The notes beneath the pieces were generated by a model that had not been told where the DNA came from, searched no databases, and was given only the letters and a program-made list of their open reading frames with translations. Source: an uncultured virus (IMG/VR IMGVR_UViG_3300020048_000035) (taxonomy: Duplodnaviria; Heunggongvirae; Uroviricota; Caudoviricetes). Taken from it: a DNA stretch of 64,000 bases. Positions 36,510-45,488 of this stretch are shown here, one piece after another. Both the position numbers and the translations under genes were made by a program. The stretch lies in the IMG/VR virus record IMGVR_UViG_3300020048_000035. The stretch is one strand, 5' to 3'. Each line of letters opens with the position of its first letter. Positions within the stretch are counted from its first letter, which is position 1.

Positions 36510-36708
36510 GGATCTCATGCTGGGATCTCAGGTTGAAATCTTGCAGTTGACTTTTCGTTTTGAAATCTCGCACCTGAGATGAAATTCTAGAATTTCGCGC
36601 ACACATTTCGCGTGTGCATTTCGCGCACACATTTCGCGCACACATTTCGCGCACACATTTCGCGCACACATTTCGCGTGTGCATTTCGCGTGTGCATTTC
36701 GCGCACCT
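36510..36708. repeat. 13-bp ATTTCGC tandem repeat array 3
   Basis: nine units 36592-36708, ATTTCGC+GCACAC or GTGTGC; degenerate units upstream. Confidence 0.95.
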
Positions 36709-36734
36709 AACTCGCGTGAACATCTGCACACTGT

Positions 36735-36764
36735 ATTATAGCACACATATAAATGCCCTGTCAA
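36735..36764 (-). promoter_or_regulatory. promoter firing into repeat array 3
   Basis: TTGACA-N18-TATAAT on minus. Confidence 0.65.
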
Positions 36765-36777
36765 ACAGGGCACGGTA

Positions 36778-36957
36778 TTAAACTTCAGTCAGGTTCAGCA
36801 CTTCCTGAACCATCTCAGGCAGACTACAATCATTGACTGCGTCCTCGTCCCATTGGTCAAGGGCGATTACATCCGCCTGTTCAATGTCATCTGCCTCGAA
36901 CTCAATGTGTTGATAGTAAGTGATGGTGGTTGCGATTGTGGCTTTGAATCGTGGCAT
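36778..36957 (-). CDS. small acidic protein (VEAE family)
   Basis: MPRFKATI...IEFEADDIEQA; AAGGAG RBS. Confidence 0.7.
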   Translation of the reverse strand: MPRFKATIATTITYYQHIEFEADDIEQADVIALDQWDEDAVNDCSLPEMVQEVLNLTEV

Positions 36958-37019
36958 GATGAACTCCTTGTGGATGAACCCCAATTGTAACACAGGGTTG
37001 CCGGAGCAACCCCGTTAGC

Positions 37020-37292
37020 TTAGGCTGACCAGTATGTTTCCGAACTGGGTGAGCAGAAGCTAGGTGTATCGTAACGCTCTTGGAACTCCTCGCCTGACAA
37101 CAGGTTCTTGCGTGTCACATAGGTCAGGTGGATGGTGAAGCGGTAGCCCTTGGCCGCAGGGTAGAGTGAGGCGTACTCAGCCTCAAGACTGTCGCGGCCT
37201 GTTACCTTGTGGTCTAGCTTGGCGACCAGTCGTTCGCCTAGCTTGGTGCGTGAGTCACGCTTGAAGAGTTCTACTGTGTAATCCGGTTCCAT
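37020..37292 (-). CDS. phage hypothetical protein
   Basis: ends DTPSFCSPSSETYWS; inverted cassette upstream. Confidence 0.8.
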   Translation of the reverse strand: MEPDYTVELFKRDSRTKLGERLVAKLDHKVTGRDSLEAEYASLYPAAKGYRFTIHLTYVTRKNLLSGEEFQERYDTPSFCSPSSETYWSA

Positions 37293-37365
37293 TTATAACT
37301 CCTAGGGTTGGGTACTGAACTGATAGTATAGCATGGGTTTTTAATTTTAGAATCCAAATTTTGAA

Positions 37366-37470
37366 ATTTCGCGTTGGAATTTCGCGGTTGGGTTTCACAG
37401 TTGAAGTTTCGCACCCGCATTTCGCGTGCACATTTCGCACCCGCATTTCGCACCCGCATTTCGCGTGCCA
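37366..37470. repeat. 13-bp ATTTCGC tandem repeat array 4
   Basis: ATTTCGCACCCGC / ATTTCGCGTGCAC units. Confidence 0.9.
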
Positions 37471-37535
37471 GCCTGCCTGTGCCAGCGCACCGTGTATTAT
37501 AGCACGCCAGCGGGACTGTGGGGCGCACAAAACAA

Positions 37536-37617
37536 ACGCCCACCCTTGCCGTCCATCCCGAGTTTGGCTCATCGAATCCATGTATACATTATAACCCCCT
37601 ATTTTATTTTTTGTCAA
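37536..37617 (-). ncRNA. promoter plus conserved ~50-nt element, copy 4
   Basis: TTGACA-N18-TATAAT-N6-ATGGATTCGATGAGCCAAACTCGGGATGGACGGCAAGGGTGGGCGT. Confidence 0.45.
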
Positions 37618-37676
37618 ACGGCACAAAATTATTTGTGTGCTATACTATGGGTTCTGTTTAATTTTAGGGGTTTGTC

Positions 37677-38420
37677 ATGGGTTTGCTTTCCGTGTCTTCT
37701 GATGCCAAAACGATTAAGGGCGAAAGCCTAGGGTTTATGACTGGCATTTTGTACCTTACGCCTAGTATCCTGTCGGGCTGGCAATTGTGCCCTAATGCTC
37801 TACTAGCTGACTGCGAAACACCTTGCTTAAACTCGGCGGGAAGGGGTGCTTTTGATGTTACCCAATTGGCACGACTGAGCAAAACCGACTGGTTATTTGG
37901 CGACCAAACTAGTTTTATGCTAGAGCTAATCGACAGTGTATTTGCCCTAATCCGCAAGGCTATGCGGGAAGGGTTCACGCCCCTAGTTAGACTCAACGGT
38001 ACTAGTGATATCCGTTGGGAAAACATCGGTTTTACATACAAGGGTGTTCAGTACTCGAACATATTCGAGTTATTCCCGACTACTCAATTTTACGACTACA
38101 CTAAACTTAGTAACCGCAAGGGTATTCCCGCTAATTACGATTTAACTTTCAGTTATAGCAGTGCCCCGAAATTTCAGCCTATGGTTCGGGATGCTATCGC
38201 GCAGGGTATGAGAATTGCGGTTGTATTCCGAACCATAGCAGATATCCCCAAGGAATTTTTAGGGATGCCTGTTGTCGGTGGCGACAATTCGGACGTGCGG
38301 CATATTGACCCTACTGGCGTTGTGGTTGCTTTGTATGCCAAGGGCAAAGGGATTAAAGACAAGGGTTACTTAGTGGTAGATCAGTACACTAAGATTATCC
38401 CCATACGCCTAGCGGCTTAG
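37677..38420 (+). CDS. phage GP88-like protein
   Basis: CP.A...C...CLN.AGRG; RLNGTSDI; FYDYTK; YDLTFS. Confidence 0.7.
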   Translation: MGLLSVSSDAKTIKGESLGFMTGILYLTPSILSGWQLCPNALLADCETPCLNSAGRGAFDVTQLARLSKTDWLFGDQTSFMLELIDSVFALIRKAMREGFTPLVRLNGTSDIRWENIGFTYKGVQYSNIFELFPTTQFYDYTKLSNRKGIPANYDLTFSYSSAPKFQPMVRDAIAQGMRIAVVFRTIADIPKEFLGMPVVGGDNSDVRHIDPTGVVVALYAKGKGIKDKGYLVVDQYTKIIPIRLAA

Positions 38421-38502
38421 TTTAACTTAGGAAAATTATTTCTTGTATCCCTGATTATCATGCTATAATCAGGGTTCCTTAATTTTTTTTAGGTAGTCAA
38501 AA

Positions 38503-39285
38503 ATGGATAACGCAATTTTCGCACTACAGGCGGCTAAGGCTAACCATGCGGCGGCGGTTCAACGGGTTTGTCCAGCCATTAAAGTAGCGCAGGCAGGCGG
38601 CAACGATTCACCTATAGAGCTTGATGCGGCGGCAGGCTTGGAAGTATTGAAACGGCAATATGACCATCAAGGCGGCGGCTTTAATGCGGGTTCTATCGCC
38701 GCTTTAATCAATCAAGGCGGCGTGACAATGGCGAGTATTCTCTATGTCACCTATCCCCCCCTAGCGGCGGCACACAAGGGCACTGGTACATTGGTTGCTA
38801 AGGTTTGCCAATCTAGCGTTCAGTTATTCGGCACTATCACCGATAGGGCACTCTACAGTAAGCAAGTATTGCGTTCGGCAGGGCGGCTTGATGATTCTCA
38901 GGAATTACCCGCTGAATGGGTTACTAGCCCTACATGGTTTCACCATAGCGCAGAGTGCTATTCGGTTGTGCGGCACAATGGGCACTTGCTACCGTACCTT
39001 TACGCTATTTTTAATAAGGGCGGCACTACTAGCCAATGCTACCTATATGACCATGCTACCGATAGCCTAGCGCAAGGCGGTACGGGTTTCGCTAGATCTG
39101 CTACCCGTACCGAATGCGGCGAGTATATGACGCCTAGCGCACGCAAGGAATTCCTGTCAGAGGATACCGTCACCCATAACGCTACCAACGGCGTAGACCA
39201 TAACCTTACCCTGCGAGTAATCAAGCTTGGCGGCTTGGTCAACATTCGGGCGAATAAATTACAGGCGACAATTATCCGCTACTAA
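38503..39285 (+). CDS. hypothetical protein
   Basis: 260-aa ORF with own promoter. Confidence 0.75.
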   Translation: MDNAIFALQAAKANHAAAVQRVCPAIKVAQAGGNDSPIELDAAAGLEVLKRQYDHQGGGFNAGSIAALINQGGVTMASILYVTYPPLAAAHKGTGTLVAKVCQSSVQLFGTITDRALYSKQVLRSAGRLDDSQELPAEWVTSPTWFHHSAECYSVVRHNGHLLPYLYAIFNKGGTTSQCYLYDHATDSLAQGGTGFARSATRTECGEYMTPSARKEFLSEDTVTHNATNGVDHNLTLRVIKLGGLVNIRANKLQATIIRY

Positions 39286-39320
39286 ATTGCCCTTACCCTG
39301 CTAGTCAATTGACTAGCATA

Positions 39321-39352
39321 AAAAAGCCTCCCAGTCAATCGGGAGGCTTTTT
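39321..39352 (+). terminator. bidirectional intrinsic terminator closing the early zone
   Basis: AAAAAGCCTCCC-N8-GGGAGGCTTTTT. Confidence 0.85.
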
Positions 39353-39610
39353 GCGTTGTAAAAAAACAACGCCACCCCGGTGTGGTTTTTAAGCTACAAT
39401 CTAAAAAATTTTTAGTACAGCCGCGTCCCAACAAATTTAGGATATCCATATTTTTCCCTATGTCCCCACTCCCTTTCCTATTGCTCCTATCCTTTCCATT
39501 CCCTATCATCCCGAGCCAAAACCTTTGTTGATTATAAATTTACCGTTTTCAAAAATGCATGCATGCATTTTTTTACTATACCCTCCAAACTTTTTTTCAT
39601 AAATATCCTC

Positions 39611-40084
39611 ATGTCTCATACACTACGCAAATACATTACGCTTATAGAAGCTACTAGCCTAAGCCTAGATACCGTTCCTCCTCCCCATGGAACTACGCCT
39701 ATACCAACGGGATATGTACGGTTATACCATCAGACCACAGAGGAAAACTTAGCCTCTATAATAAAACACGGTCTTAACATAGAACACGCCAGAGGTATAG
39801 AGGGTCCCCGTGCCGTCTATGCCAGTAGAACAGGGTTTTATGGTGATCCAGAATCTCGTCCCACTCTAGAATTCATGGTGCCCACCGATAAATTTGAAGA
39901 TCCATTTGTACTTCAGGATGTACCTCCCGATCTAATGATAGCGGCACATCTTCCCTGGCATAGGAAAGCAAGATACATACTGGATAATCCCAAGACTCTT
40001 GCCAGAACTCTGTCTGGTGGGCATGATAACTTAACCGGTGATGAAGCAAAAGCTGTACAGTATGTTAAGCAAATAAATAACTAA
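39611..40084 (+). CDS. ADP-ribosyltransferase-fold (KptA/ART-like) protein
   Basis: LYHQT...NL.SI.K.GL...AVYAS; TAAATA box upstream. Confidence 0.55.
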   Translation: MSHTLRKYITLIEATSLSLDTVPPPHGTTPIPTGYVRLYHQTTEENLASIIKHGLNIEHARGIEGPRAVYASRTGFYGDPESRPTLEFMVPTDKFEDPFVLQDVPPDLMIAAHLPWHRKARYILDNPKTLARTLSGGHDNLTGDEAKAVQYVKQINN

Positions 40085-41139
40085 TGAGATATCGTGAATT
40101 CGTTATAGAAAATACTGAGTTAGATGAAGAGATTAGTCTGACTCAATATGAACCTGTGATTACCAAGGCTATATATTCCAGTATCAAAGATGCGTTAATA
40201 CGGTTTGAAAAAGATTACGGTATCCACAAATTCAATTCTGACCCAAGAAAAAGGGAAGAGTTTAATCAGGGATACATGACAAAATTAGGAAATGTATTTA
40301 CTGAAGAACTTAAAACACGAATTGACGCCATGATACTTCAAACATTAGAACATACCGGCATGAAAATTGAACCAAGTTTAAAAGCAGTGGAATTTTCAAA
40401 ATCCGTAGGGGATGCTAGAGGAGTAGCCAAAGGAGGAACCAATTATCCTTATATTCAATTGGCACCTAGGTTATTAGATAAATTACCAAAGTTAGTGTAT
40501 GAGCGACTATTCAATCGTACCTTGAACGGTGACTTTGGTGGGGAAGGCCATTTATTATCTGCTTTTTGGAGTACTGTAAAACATACTATTAAAAATTGGG
40601 ATTCAGAGTCAACTGAAATGGGTATAGAAAACCCAATATATGATATCGTTGATGTGTTTATACATGAGTTAGTACATATCAAACAACATGTTCGTCAAAA
40701 AAATAAAGGAAGAAATGAAATAGAATTCCGTAGTTATCTTGATAAAGATAAACATGAATATCAAAAGTTAACCAGAAAGAACTGGAAAGATGGAACATAT
40801 GATATGTCCAACCTTTCTCCTGAAGAAATAAAAAGATACTATCAGTTATACAAAGCCAGTCCTGCTGAAATCTCGGCAAAAGCTCATAACCTAGTACTAC
40901 AGATAATTAAAAAGTTTGATTTTGGAAATCCCAATGATTATGCCAAGGCTGACTATATTGAGAATTCTCAAGAAGCTCTGCGCGACATACCTAGATATCT
41001 GGAGGACTTTTTATACTTATACAAAGACAATCAGGATAAAAGAACTCAAATGGTAAAAAAAAGATATTATAAGTTAGTATATCAAGAGTTATATGCCAGA
41101 CTACAACAGTACATTAAGTCTGCTAACTTCCAATCGTGA
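40084..41139 (+). CDS. HExxH zincin-like protein
   Basis: FIHELVHIKQH...SPAEISA; paralog of 42647-43705. Confidence 0.65.
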   Translation: MRYREFVIENTELDEEISLTQYEPVITKAIYSSIKDALIRFEKDYGIHKFNSDPRKREEFNQGYMTKLGNVFTEELKTRIDAMILQTLEHTGMKIEPSLKAVEFSKSVGDARGVAKGGTNYPYIQLAPRLLDKLPKLVYERLFNRTLNGDFGGEGHLLSAFWSTVKHTIKNWDSESTEMGIENPIYDIVDVFIHELVHIKQHVRQKNKGRNEIEFRSYLDKDKHEYQKLTRKNWKDGTYDMSNLSPEEIKRYYQLYKASPAEISAKAHNLVLQIIKKFDFGNPNDYAKADYIENSQEALRDIPRYLEDFLYLYKDNQDKRTQMVKKRYYKLVYQELYARLQQYIKSANFQS

Positions 41140-41146
41140 TAAAAAT

Positions 41147-42650
41147 ATGAGATATTATGAATTCCGTTATCTAGTAGAAGGCTATCCACAAGCGCAGGCT
41201 GCTTTTGCAAAGGTTGCCGATGCTGCATCTGTACAGAAAGCCATAGCCGACTTTAAGCAATTGGTATCCCGTAATCAGATAAAAGATGTTAACCAAAAGA
41301 ATATAGATTACTGGATTAAACAAGGGTGGGAAAAATTTAATCAATTTGTTAATCAAGCTGTGTCAGTGCCCAGTAAAACTCAGATTACCCGTAAGAAGGC
41401 AGTGGGGCAAAGTATTAATCTGGTGGATAATAACAAATGGTTAATTGTTATTCCCATTGATAAAGAAGCCAGTTGTTTCCATGGAAAGAATTCAGATTGG
41501 TGCACTACCAAGATACATCAGGGACACTTTGAAAGTTATTTTTATAAAAGTGAAATAACCTTAATATACTGTATTAAAAAAGCCACGGGTGGTATGTGGG
41601 CAATAGCGGCACATAAAAAAACAGATACAATAGAATTGTTTGATCAAAATGACATGGGCATAGAAGCCGATGAGTTTACAGCAGAAACCGGACTAAATCC
41701 TACAGAACTACGAAATATGGCACTGGGAGATGTTCATCAACCCAAGATACAGGCCAACAGAGATAACTGGAAAGCATCCGTGGAATTAACAGAACAATTG
41801 CTAAAACAACTTCCAAAACGAACCAGATCTCCAGAAATAGAAAAACAATTAACATATAATAAAGAAGGTAACCTTTGTGTAAAATATATTCATAAAATGG
41901 GTATGCTGGGTGAGGTTAAAGCCAACGAGCTACCTCTAGCCATACAAGTAGCAGCAGCAGGAAATGATGGTCATATCTTATCGTACATTGAAAATCCAGT
42001 TGAAGCAGTTCAAATAGCCGCAGTTATTTCCCAAAGTAACGATAGAGATTCGTATGAGGTTGAGGAAGAAGGTTACCAAAGTGCTATATCCATGTTAATT
42101 GAAGAAGGAATTACTCCGTCCGAACGAGTACAGTTAACTTCGGTGGATCATTATGCGTATACGCTTGAAGATATCATAGAAGGAGGAATTACGCCCAGTG
42201 AAGCAGTACAACTCCTTGCGGTAAGACGAAGACCAGACAATCTAATACCCCTGCTAACAAAGAAAATTAATCCCAGTGAAGAAGTTATTGAAACAGCGGT
42301 TGCTAGTGCTCCATCATTGATTCGTTATGTTGTGGCATGGAAGTTTAAACTCACGGAAAAAATGCAGATTGAAGCAGCTAAAACCGATCCTCCAACAGCA
42401 ATACAAAATATTATTGATGCTGGTATTATTCCAAGTGAAGCTGTTCAGCTTGTGGCAGTTGATCAGGATTATAAATCATTCAAAACATTTGAAATTATTA
42501 TGGGCGCGGTTATTAATGGAAAAAGAATTACACCCAGTGAAGCTGTTCAGGCAGCTGCGGTTAAACAGGATTCCCGAAGTTTGGAACTTCTTGAGAAAGA
42601 AGGTATTANNNNNNNNNNGTAGAGTTATAAAAGCAGCAGGTATACAATGA
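41147..42650 (+). CDS. repeat protein (PSEAVQLAAV, DUF4116-like repeats; spans N gap)
   Basis: ATG 41147 MRYYEF; ASC..G..S.WCT domain; C-terminal repeats. Confidence 0.75.
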
Positions 42651-43705
42651 GATCATATGAATTCGTTATAGAGCAAGAGTTGGATGAAGAGATTAGTCTG
42701 ACCCAATATGAACCTGTGATTACCAAGGCCATATATGCCAGTATCAAGGATGCGTTAATACGGTTTGCCCAAGATTATGACCGTACCAAATTTCATACTT
42801 TTGATTTTGATCGGGAAGAGTTTAATCAGGGATACATGACAAAATTTGGAAATGTATTAACTGAGGAACTTAAAAGATACATTACCGCCATGCTAGTCCA
42901 ACAGCTAGAAGATGTTGGTATAAAGATTGAACCGCACCTAAGACAAGTAGACTTTCCATCATCAAAAGGATCTCAGGGCAGTGCAGGCTATAATAAAATT
43001 AAGCTGAACGCTGAGTTGGTGGATAAATTATCCAAGGTTGTGTATCAGTCCCTGTACGATCTTACTTTAAGTGGTAACTTTGGTGGTGAGGGAGAATTAC
43101 TATCCGCATTTTGGGATTCAGTAAGATATACTATTAAAAATTGGAATTCAGAATCTAAAAGAATTAGAAACATAGAGGATACAATATATGAAATCGTTGA
43201 TGTGTTTATACATGAACTAGTCCATATTAAACAGCATGCCAAACAAGTAAATCGCAAGGGCAATGATAATCATCGTGGAAGAATTGAATTCCGCAGTTAT
43301 CTTGATAAGAAAAAAAATGAATATAGTAAGTTAGCCAGCAAGAAATGGACAGGTACTGATTATGATTCAGACCTTCTTTCTCCTGAAGAACAACAAAGAT
43401 ACCATCAGTTGTACTATGCTAGTCCGGCTGAAATTCCGGCACATGCTCATAACATAGTATTACAGATAATTAAAAATTCTAATTCTGCTGATACAGATGA
43501 TTTTACTAGAGACGGCTATATTAAAAATGCTCAAGAAGCTCTGCGTGAGATACCTATGTATCTTGATGATTATTTACGTTACAGATACAAAGGCAGTACA
43601 GATAAACGAACTCAAATGGTATATAAAAGATATCATAAGTTAGTATATCAAGAGTTATATGCCAGACTACAACAGTTCATTAAGAACGCTAACTTCCATC
43701 CGTAA
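42647..43705 (+). CDS. HExxH zincin-like protein
   Basis: FIHELVHIKQH...SPAEIPAHA. Confidence 0.65.
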   Translation: MRSYEFVIEQELDEEISLTQYEPVITKAIYASIKDALIRFAQDYDRTKFHTFDFDREEFNQGYMTKFGNVLTEELKRYITAMLVQQLEDVGIKIEPHLRQVDFPSSKGSQGSAGYNKIKLNAELVDKLSKVVYQSLYDLTLSGNFGGEGELLSAFWDSVRYTIKNWNSESKRIRNIEDTIYEIVDVFIHELVHIKQHAKQVNRKGNDNHRGRIEFRSYLDKKKNEYSKLASKKWTGTDYDSDLLSPEEQQRYHQLYYASPAEIPAHAHNIVLQIIKNSNSADTDDFTRDGYIKNAQEALREIPMYLDDYLRYRYKGSTDKRTQMVYKRYHKLVYQELYARLQQFIKNANFHP

Positions 43706-43915
43706 TCATTTATTCCAAAGTAAGGCAAACATAGTAGCCAGACTTTGTTCATCACTGTAGAATCTAAAGTGAATTTCTCTTAGATGATTCATAAAGCTCC
43801 AGTCAAAGTCACGACTATGAACTAGTCCGTTTTCCTTGCACCAGTTACTCATGTCAATGGCACGTCTAGAGGCATATAGCTGAGCATCAGTATAGGGTAT
43901 TTTAATTATAATCAT
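43706..43915 (-). CDS. family A small protein (outlier)
   Basis: WC...ATMFALLWNK. Confidence 0.8.
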   Translation of the reverse strand: MIIIKIPYTDAQLYASRRAIDMSNWCKENGLVHSRDFDWSFMNHLREIHFRFYSDEQSLATMFALLWNK

Positions 43916-44121
43916 CTTTGCCAGCGGAGTGCGAACATAGTAGCATCATAGTCGTTTTCAAACTTAATACCATATCTAAAAGCGTTGTTTTTATCTTGTC
44001 CCAGTGTCCAGCGTTGTGTCTCTGGCAAGGGTGGGTTGGGCATGTGTTGTTCTAACCATAGCCCTACTTCTACAAATTCAGTGCCTGTAAATCTTATTTT
44101 TGTCAGTTCAAAATCAATCAT
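43912..44121 (-). CDS. family A small protein (outlier)
   Basis: ends YDATMFALRWQR. Confidence 0.8.
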   Translation of the reverse strand: MIDFELTKIRFTGTEFVEVGLWLEQHMPNPPLPETQRWTLGQDKNNAFRYGIKFENDYDATMFALRWQR

Positions 44122-44401
44122 ATTTTAACCTAAAGAAAGTTTCCTCTGATGGAGTTGCAAACTTTAAACGATATGAATAGCCATGATATTCATGATAGTA
44201 TTTTTCCAGGGTATAGTTGCCGGGACTATGATCTTGCATTCGCATCAGACTAATTGCATCATGTTCTTCTGATTGTTTGATATCGTCTTCACTGATGTAG
44301 AAGGCTGGCCGTGGATTTAAAGTTCGTAGATAATCTCGCCAGGGTTTCTTTTTAAACATATAAGGGGTTGTGTCCATTTCAAAAAAATTGTCATTAGACA
44401 T
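44114..44401 (-). CDS. family A small protein (outlier)
   Basis: ends EETFFRLKYD. Confidence 0.75.
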   Translation of the reverse strand: MSNDNFFEMDTTPYMFKKKPWRDYLRTLNPRPAFYISEDDIKQSEEHDAISLMRMQDHSPGNYTLEKYYHEYHGYSYRLKFATPSEETFFRLKYD

Positions 44402-44603
44402 ATTGTTTTAGTGGTTTAGTTAGTTGTTCCACAATCATTTGTAATAATGCCAAATCCATCAGTGCCAGTATTAAAGATAGTATTACTACCAATATAGTTA
44501 GAAGGATTACCTGTGGTAATGTTAAAGATTTTCTTATGACTAACACTATATTTGTCATTACCAGAATTACTAGTGTTAGTTTAAGAAAGAATAGATACAT
44601 CAT
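44394..44603 (-). CDS. small membrane protein
   Basis: two hydrophobic helices. Confidence 0.55.
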   Translation of the reverse strand: MMYLFFLKLTLVILVMTNIVLVIRKSLTLPQVILLTILVVILSLILALMDLALLQMIVEQLTKPLKQYV

Positions 44604-44836
44604 GCTTCGGTTAAAATAAATCCTTCAAGTGTATTGACATCATAGAACGCAACAGGTTTATTGTCGTGTTCATATAAAATTACAGGATTACAATTTGTCC
44701 TAATATCCCATTGAATTAGCTCTTCAAACTTTTCTTCATATACATCTACATCAAGTGTTTCTGGAAATCGTACATGGATTCCCCGTTCTGTTGCCTGTTC
44801 CATAAAACTAGATAAGTCGTATGATCGTCGTAACAT
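44600..44836 (-). CDS. hypothetical protein
   Basis: coupled to clpP. Confidence 0.7.
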   Translation of the reverse strand: MLRRSYDLSSFMEQATERGIHVRFPETLDVDVYEEKFEELIQWDIRTNCNPVILYEHDNKPVAFYDVNTLEGFILTEA

Positions 44837-44837
44837 T

Positions 44838-45428
44838 TTAATCTCGCTTGGTAATAATTTTATCGGCTAATCCGTAATTGACTGCTTCTTGTGCGCTCAT
44901 GAAGTTATCACGCTCCATATCAGCAGCAAGTTCATCAAATGTCTTGCCAACTGAGTTATGGTTAACATAAATTTGGGTTAGCTCTTTCTTCATCTTGAGA
45001 ATTTCGGTAACTTGAATCAACATGTCAGTTGCTTGTCCACGGGCACCACCACTAGGCTGATGAATCATATGACGAGCGTAAGGCAGAATCAATCTCTTTC
45101 CAGCTGTGCCTGCCTGTGATAATAGACTTCCCATGCTACATGCCTGTCCCATAACAATAGTTGAAACATCACACTTGATAAACTGCATGGTATCATAGAT
45201 GGCCATGCCTGCGGTAACTGATCCACCTGGACTATTAATATAAAATAAAATATCTGATTCTGGATCTTCGGCTTCAAGATATAACATCTGTGCCACAACT
45301 AGACTGGAACTTGTTTCGTTGACATCTGTATCTAGCATAATAATTCTGTCGCGTAGTAATCTAGATTTTATATCCATGGCTCTTTCACCATTACTAGTTT
45401 TTTCAATTACCATTGGTACTAAGTTCAT
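44838..45428 (-). CDS. clpP: ATP-dependent Clp protease proteolytic subunit
   Basis: [36 protein letters not shown]. Confidence 0.97.
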   Translation of the reverse strand: MNLVPMVIEKTSNGERAMDIKSRLLRDRIIMLDTDVNETSSSLVVAQMLYLEAEDPESDILFYINSPGGSVTAGMAIYDTMQFIKCDVSTIVMGQACSMGSLLSQAGTAGKRLILPYARHMIHQPSGGARGQATDMLIQVTEILKMKKELTQIYVNHNSVGKTFDELAADMERDNFMSAQEAVNYGLADKIITKRD

Positions 45429-45488
45429 ATTTTATTTTCCTAAAAGATAGTGTTGTAATAAATAGTATTATACACAAGGAATACACAA

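Noticed and set aside
36592..36708. 13-bp repeats as a CRISPR array
   Set aside because: Units are contiguous with no unique spacers, and no cas genes are seen.
18233..37731. ORFs over the repeat arrays (18233, 18309, 27006, 36493, 36528, 37255-37731)
   Set aside because: They are low-complexity translations of the repeats with no RBS.
1005..39285. Short ORFs as fragments caused by stop-codon recoding
   Set aside because: ORFs end at a conserved terminal motif or have their own RBS and promoter, successive ORFs change frame, and long genes are intact in the standard code.
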